Shown: one piece after another, positions 35,309 through 48,150 of the stretch
Layout: every line of letters starts with the position of its first letter
Position numbering within the stretch: the stretch's first letter is position 1
Notes under the pieces: generated by a model
The model's input: only the letters and a program-made list of their open reading frames with translations
Told to the model about the DNA's origin: nothing
The model's database searches: none
Origin: Zancudomyces culisetae HAW-14-8
Lineage: Eukaryota; Fungi; Kickxellomycota
Reading direction: 5' to 3'
DNA length: 64,000 nt
Assembly (NCBI GenBank): GCA_052426225.1
Contig: JBNJNM010000010.1
Coordinates: 1 to 64,000 of the forward strand
Program-made: the position numbers and the translations under genes

Positions 35309-37765
35309 TCACACCTTAATACAATCATCGTTGACACACCTAACTTGAACTGTCTTTTTAAATCCTGCCTGAGCCGCTATACCAAGCCCGTATATCCTCA
35401 CCACTGATCTCCATTCAAGAGAAAATACATCCACCTCCTCGATTATATCCAACCAATCATACAAGTTTTTATTTAAAAGCTCGTTGCTATTCTTTTGGCC
35501 TTTGTTGTCACCCACATTTGCTCCGCCGTCTTTTTGTTTGTTGCTTGGTTTTATCAATGGATTTTTAGTATTGCGCTTACCATCTTTTGGTATTATAGCG
35601 CTGTTTTCTTTTTCAACGCCTATAAGTTTGTTTTTTTCTGCTCTCTTGTTAAAGCCAACTCTATCGCTTTTGTATTTTTCTCCATTATGGTTAGTGGTAT
35701 GTAGCCTCAAATCACCATCATCGGCTTCAATCGGTTTTTTTCTTTTTCTTCTTTCGTTCTTGTCGAGAATTAATGAAAATTGAATTTCTGGTTTTGGTCT
35801 CAGTAGTGTATCATTTTCGTTTTTGGTGACGTTAGTATAGCTTTTTATGGCCGTAATATTCCTATTGTAGGCATACATTTCTTTATTTATAATATTGAGA
35901 CGGTTTTCTCCCCGCCTTAGTTTAATTGTCTCTGGATTGAGGATTACACCGATCTGTTTACCATTCCAATACATTTCCAGTGGTTTTACAAACTCTATAG
36001 TTATTCCCATTGTTAAATTGCTGGTTATACTACCCTGAAACGTTGCTGAGTAGGATGATGGAATCAAATCATACAACTCAGCCTTGATTTTTTTGTTGAC
36101 AGATTTGTTGTCGTCAATTTTTCGAATAAAATCGAGATTATTGTAAAATCCGACAGTACTGTTGGCAAATTCGCTCGAAGATGCAATTGAATCATTATCT
36201 TTAATGTTTTCAAGCAACCGGGTTATGATATTTTTTTCTCCAGTATCTGGATTCTCATTTTTTGCTTCACTATCAGCCTCTGGCTGCTTTTCATCCGTAC
36301 CACTACCATTTTTGCTACTTTTTGAGTTTACAACCACATCATCTCTATTGTTTATTATTACATCACCTTCATCACTTGCATTTTTAAGCGCTTCCTCGTT
36401 ATTACTCACATCCATTCTCTCAGTTAATTCAATGTTTTTGGGTTTGGGAAAAAGAGATGGCTCATAGTCTTGATTTTGTCTTTTGCCAATCTGTCCCCGG
36501 CTTGCCCCTATTTCTGCATTTCTGCTATGTGTCAACAACTTGTATGCTTTAGGGGGGCTTACCTCAACTACATCAATGCTTATTCTTACCAACTCCAAAT
36601 TGTTTAAAATAACCGTTTTATGAACCCAAAACACCATTAAAAGTAAAAATATGACAAAAAGCAATATCGAATGGCCGAATATAAGGTAAAAGTATTTCCA
36701 TTTCATTTTTCCAAAGCACTCATCGTCTGGTTTTAAAGGGTATTTGTCTATCATTTTATCTTTGTGTAGGCTCTCATTGAACACTGCGTTAAATGGCTTG
36801 TTTGGATTATTGTTACTGTATCCAGAACCAAGTAGTTTACTCCCCGTCAACTTTTTACTGACAGGATGCCCTGACTTCATCTTTTTATTTATTAAAGTTA
36901 TGACACCAGGTTTATTAGTGTTATATGTGCTATTTATGCTGTATGTACTGTATGCGCTATATTTAACTTTTGTGCCATTTGTGTCATTTGTACCATGTGC
37001 ACTATTTGCACTACACTTTTCTACTCGTTGGGCATTCCTTTTTACAACGATATCCATAAACCCGACTTTTCTTTTTGTATGCACATTATCCTTAGTACAT
37101 GTTTGACTTTTTTTATGAATACTATCGCTGTTTTTTGCTTTTTTATCTGTCGAGCCACTGAATTTAACATTTCTACCTCGTTTATCTCTTTTTTGTCCTA
37201 ATATACCCTTAAAAGTGGTATTATATCCATATCTTTTTTCTTCATTTTCTGAGTTTATGGCAATTTTTGTACTAGAAATAGTGTTAGCATCGCTATCACT
37301 ATCAACCCCAATACCTCTCGAACCTAGGTCTATGGTCGAATGAATATCTAAGTTTTGCCTTTTATAATTATTTGCATCCAAATACGAGCTACAGTTGTCA
37401 TTCTCTAACGATTTCTCGATGCCACTGATTTTATTATAAGCGTTATGTGGGCTCTGTGAGTTGGCAGATATAACCTCTGTGTAGTTTTCAGAAAAACTAT
37501 CATAATCTCCAAGTATTGTAATGTTTTTCTCAACTGGGATAGTTTTATTAGCATCTGCGATAAAGTATGGTGCGTGTAATGGATTTTCTAGCGATACCCT
37601 GGTCAGTCCGTGGCTACTGTTACTAGCCTCTGAAAAATCTAAATTTTCTCTGTTTAATAATATACTCTCACTTTTATCTTCATTGCTGCATTGTGAATCG
37701 CTAATAATTACCTCAGAGCCTATATTTTTTAAAATAGGCAGGAGCTCTGTGCTTTTTTCATCCAT
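35309..37765 (-). CDS. Hypothetical type II membrane protein: low-complexity N-terminus, one TM helix, interrupted beta-rich luminal domain (LEA_2/DUF3712-like, tentative)
   Basis: Intronless 818 aa ORF with TM YFYLIFGHSILLFVIFLLLMVFW and beta-strand-like segments (ATFQGSITS, PLEMYWNGKQIG, LEWRSVVRIYGLG). Confidence 0.65.
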   Translation of the reverse strand: MDEKSTELLPILKNIGSEVIISDSQCSNEDKSESILLNRENLDFSEASNSSHGLTRVSLENPLHAPYFIADANKTIPVEKNITILGDYDSFSENYTEVISANSQSPHNAYNKISGIEKSLENDNCSSYLDANNYKRQNLDIHSTIDLGSRGIGVDSDSDANTISSTKIAINSENEEKRYGYNTTFKGILGQKRDKRGRNVKFSGSTDKKAKNSDSIHKKSQTCTKDNVHTKRKVGFMDIVVKRNAQRVEKCSANSAHGTNDTNGTKVKYSAYSTYSINSTYNTNKPGVITLINKKMKSGHPVSKKLTGSKLLGSGYSNNNPNKPFNAVFNESLHKDKMIDKYPLKPDDECFGKMKWKYFYLIFGHSILLFVIFLLLMVFWVHKTVILNNLELVRISIDVVEVSPPKAYKLLTHSRNAEIGASRGQIGKRQNQDYEPSLFPKPKNIELTERMDVSNNEEALKNASDEGDVIINNRDDVVVNSKSSKNGSGTDEKQPEADSEAKNENPDTGEKNIITRLLENIKDNDSIASSSEFANSTVGFYNNLDFIRKIDDNKSVNKKIKAELYDLIPSSYSATFQGSITSNLTMGITIEFVKPLEMYWNGKQIGVILNPETIKLRRGENRLNIINKEMYAYNRNITAIKSYTNVTKNENDTLLRPKPEIQFSLILDKNERRKRKKPIEADDGDLRLHTTNHNGEKYKSDRVGFNKRAEKNKLIGVEKENSAIIPKDGKRNTKNPLIKPSNKQKDGGANVGDNKGQKNSNELLNKNLYDWLDIIEEVDVFSLEWRSVVRIYGLGIAAQAGFKKTVQVRCVNDDCIKV

Positions 37766-37859
37766 GATAATTTATCCTGATTTTTATTCAATATCTTTTT
37801 GACTCTCTTACACTTTTACCTCGAATATAAATAGTATTACTTATATTTATAATTTTAAT

Positions 37860-37908
37860 AGTGTTAGTGTTAGTGTTAGTGTCAATGTCAATGTCAGTGT
37901 CAGTGTTA
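37860..37908 (+). repeat. Compound hexamer microsatellite (AGTGTT/AATGTC/AGTGTC)n
   Basis: Direct reading. Confidence 0.75.
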
Positions 37909-38506
37909 ATATCTATATTGGGCATTTTAAAACCTGAATAACGAAATATCATTTATCCCAACCACACCATCATAATAATTGAAAAAAAGCTGATAATGTA
38001 AACTTGCATATTCGTACATCTATATCTCAATTATAATGCAGAACACTAAAAAGAAAGTCAATATTTTTTTTGTCAATTGCGTCTATGTGAGTGTAGGTCA
38101 GCACTTAAAAACACATTTTATTTTTATAAATTCATTTCTATTTTTATTCAAAAAAAATTATAAGACAAAAAAAGAAATAGAAAACCAAATCCTCCACATA
38201 AATGAGCACTTGTTTTATATAAACTTTTAGCTATTGCATGTTCTCGATTAATATATTTATACGTTTAACACAACCATTTTGATGTTTTTAAATAATTAGA
38301 TAACTAATTTTTCCTATATAAACTCATTAAACTAACACTTGTTCGAAATTGTATACTTTAATCATGCTATAAAAATTATTTAAAATGCTATCTTGTTTAT
38401 TATAACAATAACTTAAAACTAGCTCAGATGACTATTACTACCCAAGCAATTGAAAAATTAAGAAAAAATCAACGTGTATTCAAGATAAAGTCGAAATGGT
38501 AAAATA

Positions 38507-39793
38507 TTACAAGTATGGGGAGACATAGCCGGATCTGTTGAGCATATCAACTATTGAGCGTTCTCTTGAATAGAAGCGCCTATAGTAGTTAACGTCATAG
38601 TTGTTCATTCGTAACCATTTCTCAGATACTAATGCAGGGTATCTAATTCTTCTTCCTCTGCCATTGTTTGGCCTATTCATTTGTTTGGATCCATTTTGAT
38701 TAACGGATTGCCCTCTTCCGGAGCTTGCAGATGCCCCATTAGCAATTGTTCCATTTCTTCCCATTCCAGCGGTGGATACTGGTCTTCCGTAAACAGGAAG
38801 GCCTATTGCATTTCTGTCAATATTCTTGCTAGGTAAAAGTGGGAAGTATTGTTTAACGTAGTCCGATGAAAGATATCTTAACAATCCAGAGTCTGCAGAA
38901 TCGCCGTTACCCTGAGAATTCTGCCTTTTGGCAAGGGTTGATTGACCCGAATAGCTGTAGCATACCCTTCCGTTACCAAGTCTTAGCAATGAACCCACTC
39001 GGTCGCCATATACTGAAATATTGTCATTTAAAGAAGCAGCTGATCCATCAATGTTTCGACCGCCATAACCCATTAAATTGTTTTGTCTGGCGTTTTGCCA
39101 TCCCCACCAGATTCTATCGATATTAGAATGATGTAAGAAGAATGCAAAATCATTGGGAGAATTCATTGTTGCCATATCACCACCAATACCATTGTGAACA
39201 CTGGCATGTATACCGTACTCCAGACCAGTTCTAAACGAGTTGTAGTCAACCGAGGTTTGAATTAAACTTGAGACTAGCTCAGGTGATTGCCATGGGTTTA
39301 TTCTACTACCTCCATTAAATGCTCTTTGTAAGCAGTGTCTTGTTGGATATGACATTATCATGTTTGCTTGAATACCATTTCTAACGCACCTCCCAGGTCC
39401 ACCATTTCCACCCAAGTATGAGCCAGACATAACCACGCTTCCTGCAGGATTGTCAAAGTCTCTTGCCGAATCCCAGTATGGGATGGCAAAATCTGATTGA
39501 TATCTTCTTGCGACGTTTTCAAACTCTATAATAAATCTTCTATGGAAGGGCAGAAATTGAGCCCAGTTGTGAATGGCGTTGGCGTTTGTTGTATGTATCC
39601 TTGAAAACCATGCAAACCATCCATTTTGGTTCATACTGGATATGGTTGAAACCATTCTATTCCATTCAGCCGACGAGAGTGACCTTACATCTCTTCTTAC
39701 AAAGTTTCTCTGACATCTTGGCGGTGTGTTTTGGCCTTGTGTGGCGATCAATGATACCACAAAAAATAATACCTTGTAAATATAACTATTCAT
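38507..39793 (-). CDS. Secreted tyrosinase (type-3 di-copper protein)
   Basis: Signal peptide, VRRDVRSLS, CuA His residues (RIH...IHNWAQFLPFHR), PYWD, CuB (HASVHNGIGG...SPNDFAFFLHHSNIDR), CYSY motif. Confidence 0.93.
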   Translation of the reverse strand: MNSYIYKVLFFVVSLIATQGQNTPPRCQRNFVRRDVRSLSSAEWNRMVSTISSMNQNGWFAWFSRIHTTNANAIHNWAQFLPFHRRFIIEFENVARRYQSDFAIPYWDSARDFDNPAGSVVMSGSYLGGNGGPGRCVRNGIQANMIMSYPTRHCLQRAFNGGSRINPWQSPELVSSLIQTSVDYNSFRTGLEYGIHASVHNGIGGDMATMNSPNDFAFFLHHSNIDRIWWGWQNARQNNLMGYGGRNIDGSAASLNDNISVYGDRVGSLLRLGNGRVCYSYSGQSTLAKRQNSQGNGDSADSGLLRYLSSDYVKQYFPLLPSKNIDRNAIGLPVYGRPVSTAGMGRNGTIANGASASSGRGQSVNQNGSKQMNRPNNGRGRRIRYPALVSEKWLRMNNYDVNYYRRFYSRERSIVDMLNRSGYVSPYL

Positions 39794-42376
39794 TTTAATA
39801 TAAATCTTTAAAAAATATAGTATTCTGTACTAAACTATTTCTTTAAAATCTTGCGCTAAGTATACGTGTTAATAAAGTTTATGTAAAGAAACACATATAC
39901 TAAACTTCTACAAGAACTATGAAACAAACGTTGGGGAGTTGCGGATACTCTGGTTTTTATATACATTTTTGCTACAAGAAACACTGATTCTCTAATCTAG
40001 CTTTTGTATTAATAACAAAATATAGATAAGCGCTCATTGCAGGGAGAAGAAAAGGGGGAGGATTTCTAGTTACTATTAGATTTGGCCTTTAAGATAGGAT
40101 ATTTCAAGTAACAACATTAAAGTAGCTCCGCAAAACATATTACTTTTTTTTTGTCACATTATCTACACAATCAGAGCTTTTTTTCTTTACTATACAATGC
40201 TCTTGCCAATTATTTTTCTGTTTGTTTTTACTTTATTTTGCTGGACAAAGCTGATTATTTTGCCCATCGCGAAAGGGGAAGGCGAAAGAACCACAGAATG
40301 AAAATGCCTGCCAATTCAAATTTAACCAAAATACATAATGTAGTGTTTACGGTTAAATAAGTGGTTTTTAAATACATTGTTTTGCTATCACTTGAGATTA
40401 TCCAAAAACCTTTGTAATTGTTTAATGTTTAATTTTTTCAAAAACAATCAGGTAATATGAACTATAACATTACGGCGCCCCTAATGAATATAAGTGTAAC
40501 TCTCATAATTAACCATTCTGCTTGGAAGGAATAGGTGGTAAATTTCTTATTGTGTGTTTGAAATAAACAACTCAGCCTTAAACAAAACAAAACAAAACAA
40601 AACAACATAATTGCTTTAAAGAGTTCATTCTTACTTCTAGTAGGGTAAATTACCAATTATACGAGGTGACCTAAAATTCGGGAAATCGTATGATTGGGGG
40701 AGGAATGGGAGGTTGTGGAAGCTCAAAATTGTTAGTGAGAACACAAGATACAGTCAAAAAAAAAAAAGTATCCACTTAGCATTTTTGTAGACATGTCTAA
40801 AGTTATGGGCCAAACCACGTACAACACCCAAGATATTACTACCAAACCCTGATAGTACCAAAGCGGTAAGAATAAAAACTACGCTGACATTCTGTTCTAC
40901 ACTCAGCTATGTTGCTTAGCAGAAACACATGTTTATTCTCCACTAACAATTTCAATTTAAAAAAATACTGCTAGTATTACGTTTACGGCCTTATTAAATA
41001 TTTTTATTCTTGCCAACTTCTCCCCCTTTAATATTGAGTATAGCAATGATAGATGTGAAACACATACAGCTGATGATTTGATATGCATGTAAGAATGTTG
41101 GCTTATGAAAATAAATGAGAGGCTAGGTATATAAAGATGTATAACTGCAACAATGTGTGTAATTGCAAGATCTGCTGCAAAAATGGGAGCAGTGCGCACA
41201 TGTATCGCCTTACTCTATGATTATTTTTTCCAAGTGTGAGACTATCCTGTTTCGAGAAATTGGTGTGCATAGAGAGTATGTTGGCGTTATGTAGCTGTCG
41301 CTGTTATTTTCTGGGTAGCTTGTGATCAAAACCAGAATTTCAGCGTTACTAGCCATTTTTTTGTTTAGTTAATCTTGTTTTGTTTTTTTTAATTCCCCGC
41401 CTTGTTGTTTAAACTTGGTTGTCATGCAATCAAAAAAAACCTCTTTTTGTTGAGTGCTGGCAACAAAAACACGGCTTTGTCTGCATTTAGTTCTTTTTTC
41501 CAGTAGTTTGAACAATCAACATAAACTGAAATCAACTTTGTAAAAATTAAGGGATCATCATTTTTAAATCTTATTCATCTCCAACAAGCCATTTCTTGAA
41601 TGCAAAAGAGGATGGCTTAGGAGACACAGATCAACGTTATAAAACTGATTCCATATTGATCGCTACAAATTTACAATCAAAGCTGGTAAGCCATGTCGCT
41701 TATACAATCTGAAAAAAGACTTTGTTTGCACATTGTGGTACTCGATATTTGTTTTAGATGTATAGGCAGTGATTTTGAGATTGTTTTTTTTTGCGTTTTC
41801 TGTTTTTGTTATGGCATATAATTCATTTGCTGTTGCCGGTGGAAGCACTTAACAAAATCCAATAATAATAGTAACATGTGTTGTTCTTCTATATTGAGAA
41901 TACTGGTATCCAAAACAAAAGTTCAACTCCTGGTTCAACCTGAACACTCCTAATAGTATTCAGAATGTCAACTCTAAAGTATGAAAAACTATGCTTGGTG
42001 GCCAAACTAATTTCATGACAATTAGATCAAATGAACAGTCCTTACAATAAGGGATTTGAAAACGAGAGGAAAACAAAGAGAGGTGAAAAAAGGATCACCT
42101 GGGTTGAAGTGACATAGCCGCTTCAATAAAAAGCAAATCTTTTTGAAGCATTCAAATTTTTGCTCGCCTCATCGTGTGCAAATGTAGTGACTAAGTATTG
42201 CTTAGACATGAACTTTTCTAGTTTATTTCCAAAAAATGCATTCAAAAAAAAAAAAAAACAGGGTTCCAGACCCTGAAAAAAAGGCAATGCTAAAAACCGG
42301 TTTTAGCAGACATGAAAAAAGCTACGATTGATCGACAAAGCATAGGATTCATGCAGAATTTCATGAAAGTGCAAAA

Positions 42377-43216
42377 CTAGCAACTTACAAACGACCATGT
42401 TATGCTTATTCGTCCTGCTGAAAATGGTGAGAGCTGCTGGAATGCAGAAGGACTCAAATCCAGTGAGCCTGACGCACATTCGGGGCAGCGATCAACTATT
42501 TTAACTTTAACAGAGGTGTTGTTTGGACCATTTACAAGAGCACACCTTCCGCAGACCTCAGCGCTGTTTGGATTGGCATACACACCATATTGTGGGGAGT
42601 TTATTGCAGCAACAAACTCCTCGTTACTATTTGTAATTCCACAAGCTCCCAAACCGACATCATAATATGTCCCGTCGCCAGAGAAAGATTCACTGAGCCT
42701 GTTTACAGGCTGTGGACTGGTTTGCTGAGGAGCAGGTGCAGGTGCTGGAGCAGGTGCTGGAATTGGCTCAGGTGCTGGTGCTGGTACTGGTTCAGGTGTT
42801 GGTACCGGTTCGAGAGCTGGTACAGTCACTGTTACTGGTTCAGGTACTACTACTTGATTCTGAGGAGCTTGTGTGGTAATTGCTAGTGGCTCGAATGCTG
42901 CTTGACTGATCACAGCTGTGCTTTCTTCCTGAACAAACTGTTGAACCACTGCGCTATCAGGCTGTATTTGCGTGACTGTTTCAACAACATTTAGTGTCTC
43001 TGGCTCAGCCAATACACTAGAGAATGTGATTGTAGGTGTTGATGGTACATCCGGTACGATTTCGGTACTGGTAGGAAGTAGATTCACATCTTCGACCGTC
43101 ACTGTGACTAGTACCGTTTCCGTAACTATAACTATTGATACATCTCCTATCGGGGCCGAGCTCACAGAGCCAAATAGCAAAACCGCCAAAAACGTAACTA
43201 GTCCCAAAAAATTCAT
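42377..43216 (-). CDS. Secreted RlpA-like double-psi beta-barrel (expansin/loosenin-like) protein
   Basis: Signal peptide, Thr/Val/Pro-rich linker with PAPE repeats, FSGDGTYYDVGLGACG, VDRCPEC, LDLSPSAF. Confidence 0.92.
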   Translation of the reverse strand: MNFLGLVTFLAVLLFGSVSSAPIGDVSIVIVTETVLVTVTVEDVNLLPTSTEIVPDVPSTPTITFSSVLAEPETLNVVETVTQIQPDSAVVQQFVQEESTAVISQAAFEPLAITTQAPQNQVVVPEPVTVTVPALEPVPTPEPVPAPAPEPIPAPAPAPAPAPQQTSPQPVNRLSESFSGDGTYYDVGLGACGITNSNEEFVAAINSPQYGVYANPNSAEVCGRCALVNGPNNTSVKVKIVDRCPECASGSLDLSPSAFQQLSPFSAGRISITWSFVSC

Positions 43217-46200
43217 AGTTGATATGTGTTTCTCTGTTAGTGTTAAAAAAAAGATAGTTGGATTCTAAAATGATAATAATACTGTCATATCTACCCTGGC
43301 TCCATCCATCTCATTAAATACTATTTTTTCCTCTAAAAAAAAATAAAAAAATATATATATATAGAAATCGCTTACTCTATACTTTCAAGAAAAATGGCCT
43401 ACAATTCCAATATACATTCTCCTAAACGTTACTGAGTATCTAAGAATAAAAGTCGTAATTACAGTTATTTATGTCATAATTATGTAATGTATCTTCTCAA
43501 ATTAAGGCAATTAATGATATAGCCTTTTAATGCTTATTCGCTAGCCGAACCCAACACAGGTTTAGGTGTTGTTATTGGAAAGTAATTTGCTGAAAACTTT
43601 TTCTATGTATGTTGGATTTATAGGATTATCTCCAGAGTTAAAGGGATGGCATTTATGTAATTACAATTTAAAAATAATCCAGCTAATAAGCGTCTGTTAT
43701 TGGTTTTTAGCTGCCAGGTTCATTTATAATTTTCGTATAAAAAATTTTCACATTTACTCGCAAAAAATTTTAAACCTGGCATGTAAAGGCCGAACCAGAT
43801 CAAGCCGAGAGTTGGGCAATAGTTATGATTCAGCTGGTTGTTCAGTATCCGACAGAATCAGGTTGGTTACTATTAAATTTTGTAATCTTGAAGGTGATAC
43901 TTCCCAAAGCTGTTATAACAAAGTATCATTAAAGACTGCAAGTTTAACACTAGCTTCTGTACGACTTACATAAGCTCATCTATTATTTTGAAGCGAGTGG
44001 ATACTATTAGTCAAATATGTAAACCAAAATGCAGATAAAGAGTTGTACTTGAAGTATACTACTCAGTGATTTGTAATAATACTTAGGAAAAGCGCACATA
44101 TACGCTACATTAATATAGGTTCTCTGTAAAACAGGCGTGGATTTGCAAAGATTATTAACCTTATAATTAAGGAGGAAGGATGGGGCTGCATACTAGATTC
44201 AACGTAGATAGTTCTCTGGCTAAAAGGCTGTAAAGCCTGGCCCAAACCTGCTAGAGTATACTAGGATTCGACCCAAGCTTTCTTGGTATCTAGTTACTAT
44301 TTTTTTTTTCAAGCTAGCCCGGTTTTACCAATAACCCAAGCCTAAAGTGCTTATTTCCACCTCGCTAAAAAAAAAAACTTTTGTTACACAATCCTGAACT
44401 GGGAAATTTTGGTGGGGACTTGGATATTATTGATCGCATCAATTTTGGAATTACCAAATAAAATAATAACAATGGCAATAATGCATAGAAGGTGATGCAA
44501 ATGTATTTGCATCATACAACTATGAATCATATGCTACCCAAACCAACTTGAAATACTGTATTATTACGTATTCTACTACAGACTACCTACCACAACCTTC
44601 TCCGGGTTTGATAATTGTTAGTTGTCATCTTGTAATAGATTCCTATGAGGCTCGTTGTTTCATATACAAAAGTATAAACTATTTTAAAGCGCAGCATGGA
44701 GGTACTATTGGAATGAGTTACTGATTTACAACGAAGCTCACACGTTTAATAATAGAGGAGAATTAACTACTCTTGTGCTCGCAATTGGTGAATAATTCTC
44801 CTTTTATCTTTTAGCTTTAATAAACAAATAAATGGCATTCATAAAAACCGACCTTTAAGTAGGATACTATATCAATGTTTGAATATATGTGACATAAAAA
44901 ATTAAAGGCTGGGAAAGGAGGGAGGGGGGCTGCCCATGTTTGATTGCCGTATCATCGTAAATATTATTTGAAGGCCTCCAGATTGCTACTAGATTTGCTT
45001 TTTTATTTTATTTGCCGTATAATAGGCTTTTATTATCTTGGTATCATATCGCAATAATATTAGCTACTAACCAACGGAATTATGGAAAAAATAAATCCAA
45101 GCTAATAGTGGTTAAATTTGCCAGATTTTCTGTAAGGGAAAAGTTATTAACCTCCCAATGATGCTAAGGGTTATGGAAAAATCTCAGTATTTTTTTATTT
45201 TATTTTATTTGTTTTTTCAAAGAAATAAATACATGTATAAGGTTGTAATTATCAAGGACTACAGCCAGTATTAACACATTTCCGCCTTCAGATATACACA
45301 ATATTATTACCACCTGAACCAATAGAACCAATTCTTGTGGAAGAACAAAGCCATGTATATTAACTTTGCCTTCAGAGTCACTCGGCTGTGGCTCAAAACA
45401 CCTTTTTTTACCGTTAAACTTGTATATTTTTCACAAGAGTTGATACCATAGTTGTAGGTCCAAGTTCGATAAAACAAGACACTTAGTTTACTCCTTTTGG
45501 CACCTTGTTGTGCCTTCCAAATGCCATGCACATATTTGAAGAAAATTTCATGGGAACAAGGAATGAAATTATATTTACATGAACAAACTTAGATTGAAAA
45601 ATATGGAAAAAAAATATACACCGGTTGATTGTAATATGGACATTATAAACGGCAACAAACTTTCTTTTTGAAGTATAAATGAACAGGCGTCAAAAACTTT
45701 TCGTCTGTGTGTGATAATTAAAAACACATGCTCCTATGATACAACCAGGTGGTAATAAAATAGAAAACATTATCAATCTAAAGAAAAATGTATTCTCAAA
45801 TATTGTGATTGTGTCTACGCGTGGCCAAGGTAAACACAAAGCCAAAAAATAATAATACAATCGATTTATACTATCGGTTGATAGTATAAATCGATATTAT
45901 ACATGGATGTTTTGATGATTCTCTAGTACAAACAGTCTGTCGATAGAGCAAAAAGCTTAGTTGGTGGGTGTTACATAAGCTGGTAGCAACGTATAGTAGT
46001 CAATATAGTAGTACAGTTTTGGTGATAGGAAGAGATTGGGTGTGAGAATGAGTAAAAATAAAATTGCTTGATGTGTAGAAAAATATTTGCTATAGCGGTT
46101 GGCCAAATTGTGTACTACAAAAAGAGTGTTTAAATACGTTTAATATGTACACAATCAAATAGGATGTAATTTATATTAATAGTAGTATACATACGTATAC

Positions 46201-46518
46201 AGTAAAAAACGAAAATTCTGATAGATGAATATTGACGCACCATCTAGAGAAACTGGAAATATTCTTGTGAGGACAAAAATTATCTAGATTTTGGGTTAAA
46301 CGTGGAAAAATCAGCTAGGTATTAATCCATGTGTAAATATGACCGTACTCTGACAGATGTTAGTTTATTGAAAATCAAGCTTATTGATGAATTTTACAGA
46401 CTAATATACAGTACTAAATAACTATTGAGAGTGTGGTGTCAAATTAAAAGTACAATGAATGCCGCTTTGATGTTAAATATTATACATTTATGCGTAAAAT
46501 GCTGGTAATAGCTCGTTC

Positions 46519-46944
46519 TTAGCAGAACGGGTTTTCATTAGACGTAACCAGCAGACTATCTTTGTGTTTTTGTAGGGCTATCATGAAAGGAAGTACTTCG
46601 TTAATGCATGTATTAGATAGTCTGCTCTTTGATAAGTTTTGTGGGTTAAAGATATTTCTTTCCCAACGTTCAGGGTTTGGTTTTGATGAAAATACATCAA
46701 GGGTATTTTCCTTAGCCTTTTCAGAACTTTTCCTCGCTTTTTTTGTATCATATCCGTCGTTATTAGTGCTATACGTTTCCTTTGGTGTGCAAGTTAGGGA
46801 ACCCAAAATTTTTGAGTTCATTCGAATGAGAGTCTTCTTCTTCTTAGGTGCATTCTGAACACTGCTTGTAAATATTTTTTTTTTGTTTTTCGGAGTTATT
46901 GTATTTTTGGCAATTCCTCTTGTTAGTGTTCGTGTAGGTATCAT
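46519..46944 (-). CDS. Hypothetical Lys-rich protein (141 aa)
   Basis: ATG-initiated ORF that is long for this AT-rich intergenic DNA; no recognisable domain. Confidence 0.3.
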   Translation of the reverse strand: MIPTRTLTRGIAKNTITPKNKKKIFTSSVQNAPKKKKTLIRMNSKILGSLTCTPKETYSTNNDGYDTKKARKSSEKAKENTLDVFSSKPNPERWERNIFNPQNLSKSRLSNTCINEVLPFMIALQKHKDSLLVTSNENPFC

Positions 46945-48110
46945 TATGAAAAGTGAATTTATTATGCAACAGGGTTTAGCTAAATGTTTTTGTGTGTTTG
47001 CTTTTACATAAATAAACTTGCTTGATAATTTTTTGAATGATTATTAGTATCAATAACCTGAAATGAAAAGTTACATAAATTTAAGGGGAGGGCGGAAAGA
47101 GGATGTGTATGTCGGATTATATAAGCTTTGGTCTACCATACTACAGTAAACTTGTCATATAGTACAGTATTTTCTAGACCCTCAGACTAATTAAAATGTA
47201 TAAATAAAAACCATCTTTAAAATCATAAAATACACACAGTTGCGATTCAGATCTTTAGTTGATTACTTCGGTTTGCCTTTCTATTCGTAAATCCCAATAA
47301 TCCTATGAATATGTACAATCATTATTACCCTTCGCTTATGGCCGAATTAAAGCTCAACCAATACAATACAATAATTTTTATACAAAGCATCACGATAGTT
47401 TCTGCAAAGATTATTTATGTTTTATTTTCAAAGGCGATGTGGTCCATTTTCTTGTTTTGTGTAAATACCTGGGCATATTTCAATGACCTACTTGATTTCT
47501 ATGGTCATTTTCATTTTCATTTTCATTTTCACTCCTAATAACATTTTGAGACTTTCCCCTTTGCTTTTTTTTTTTTTTGAGCTGTCTTGACAAGGTGGTA
47601 TAGAAAAGCAAAAACTGCAGCAAAGATATACTTTAAGGTAACGATCGTGTATGGTAGCACAATACCATCTAGTTGTCTACTTGGACTGAAGATTGCCATC
47701 ACAAAATTAATACTGGGATATTACTGATTTTCGAGGGTGATTTACCCTGTGTCGAAAGGAGATTTTTCTTTTAGCCGCTTTGCCTTGTTTATCCGACATT
47801 CGTTTAGATGAGTAATAGCTAGTTAACGTCACTACAAGAAGCCAGAACTTATCTTTTTATTGTAATTGGATAAACAGTAGAATAGGATTGGTCAATTACA
47901 ATAAAAAAAGCCAACGGAGCAGACACTCTGAAGTGGAAAGACAATAATACACCTGCATCAAGTGGCGATCCTATTAATTTTAATTGTACTTTAACTGAAA
48001 TCCCTGAAACGCCAGAAAAAAATAAGCGAATGCCTTGGTAGTATTTAATGAAAATCTCTTTTTCCCCTTCAACATCGAATTGGATCATTCATGAAAGACC
48101 AAAAAAAAAA

Positions 48111-48150
48111 TCACACACTCACACTGACACTCACACTCACACTCACTCAT
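48111..48150 (+). repeat. (CACACT)n microsatellite
   Basis: Direct reading. Confidence 0.7.

Noticed and set aside
43566-43973. 135-aa ORF
   Set aside because: Starts at GTG in a eukaryote, has no domain, and has a composition typical of random AT-rich frames.
44170-44280. GC-richer patch ending GGATTCGACCC resembling a tRNA T-loop
   Set aside because: No cloverleaf or A-box could be built.
44756-44802. 10-bp inverted repeat AGGAGAATTA / TAATTCTCCT
   Set aside because: Short and isolated, with no ncRNA motif recognised; expected occasionally by chance in 64 kb.
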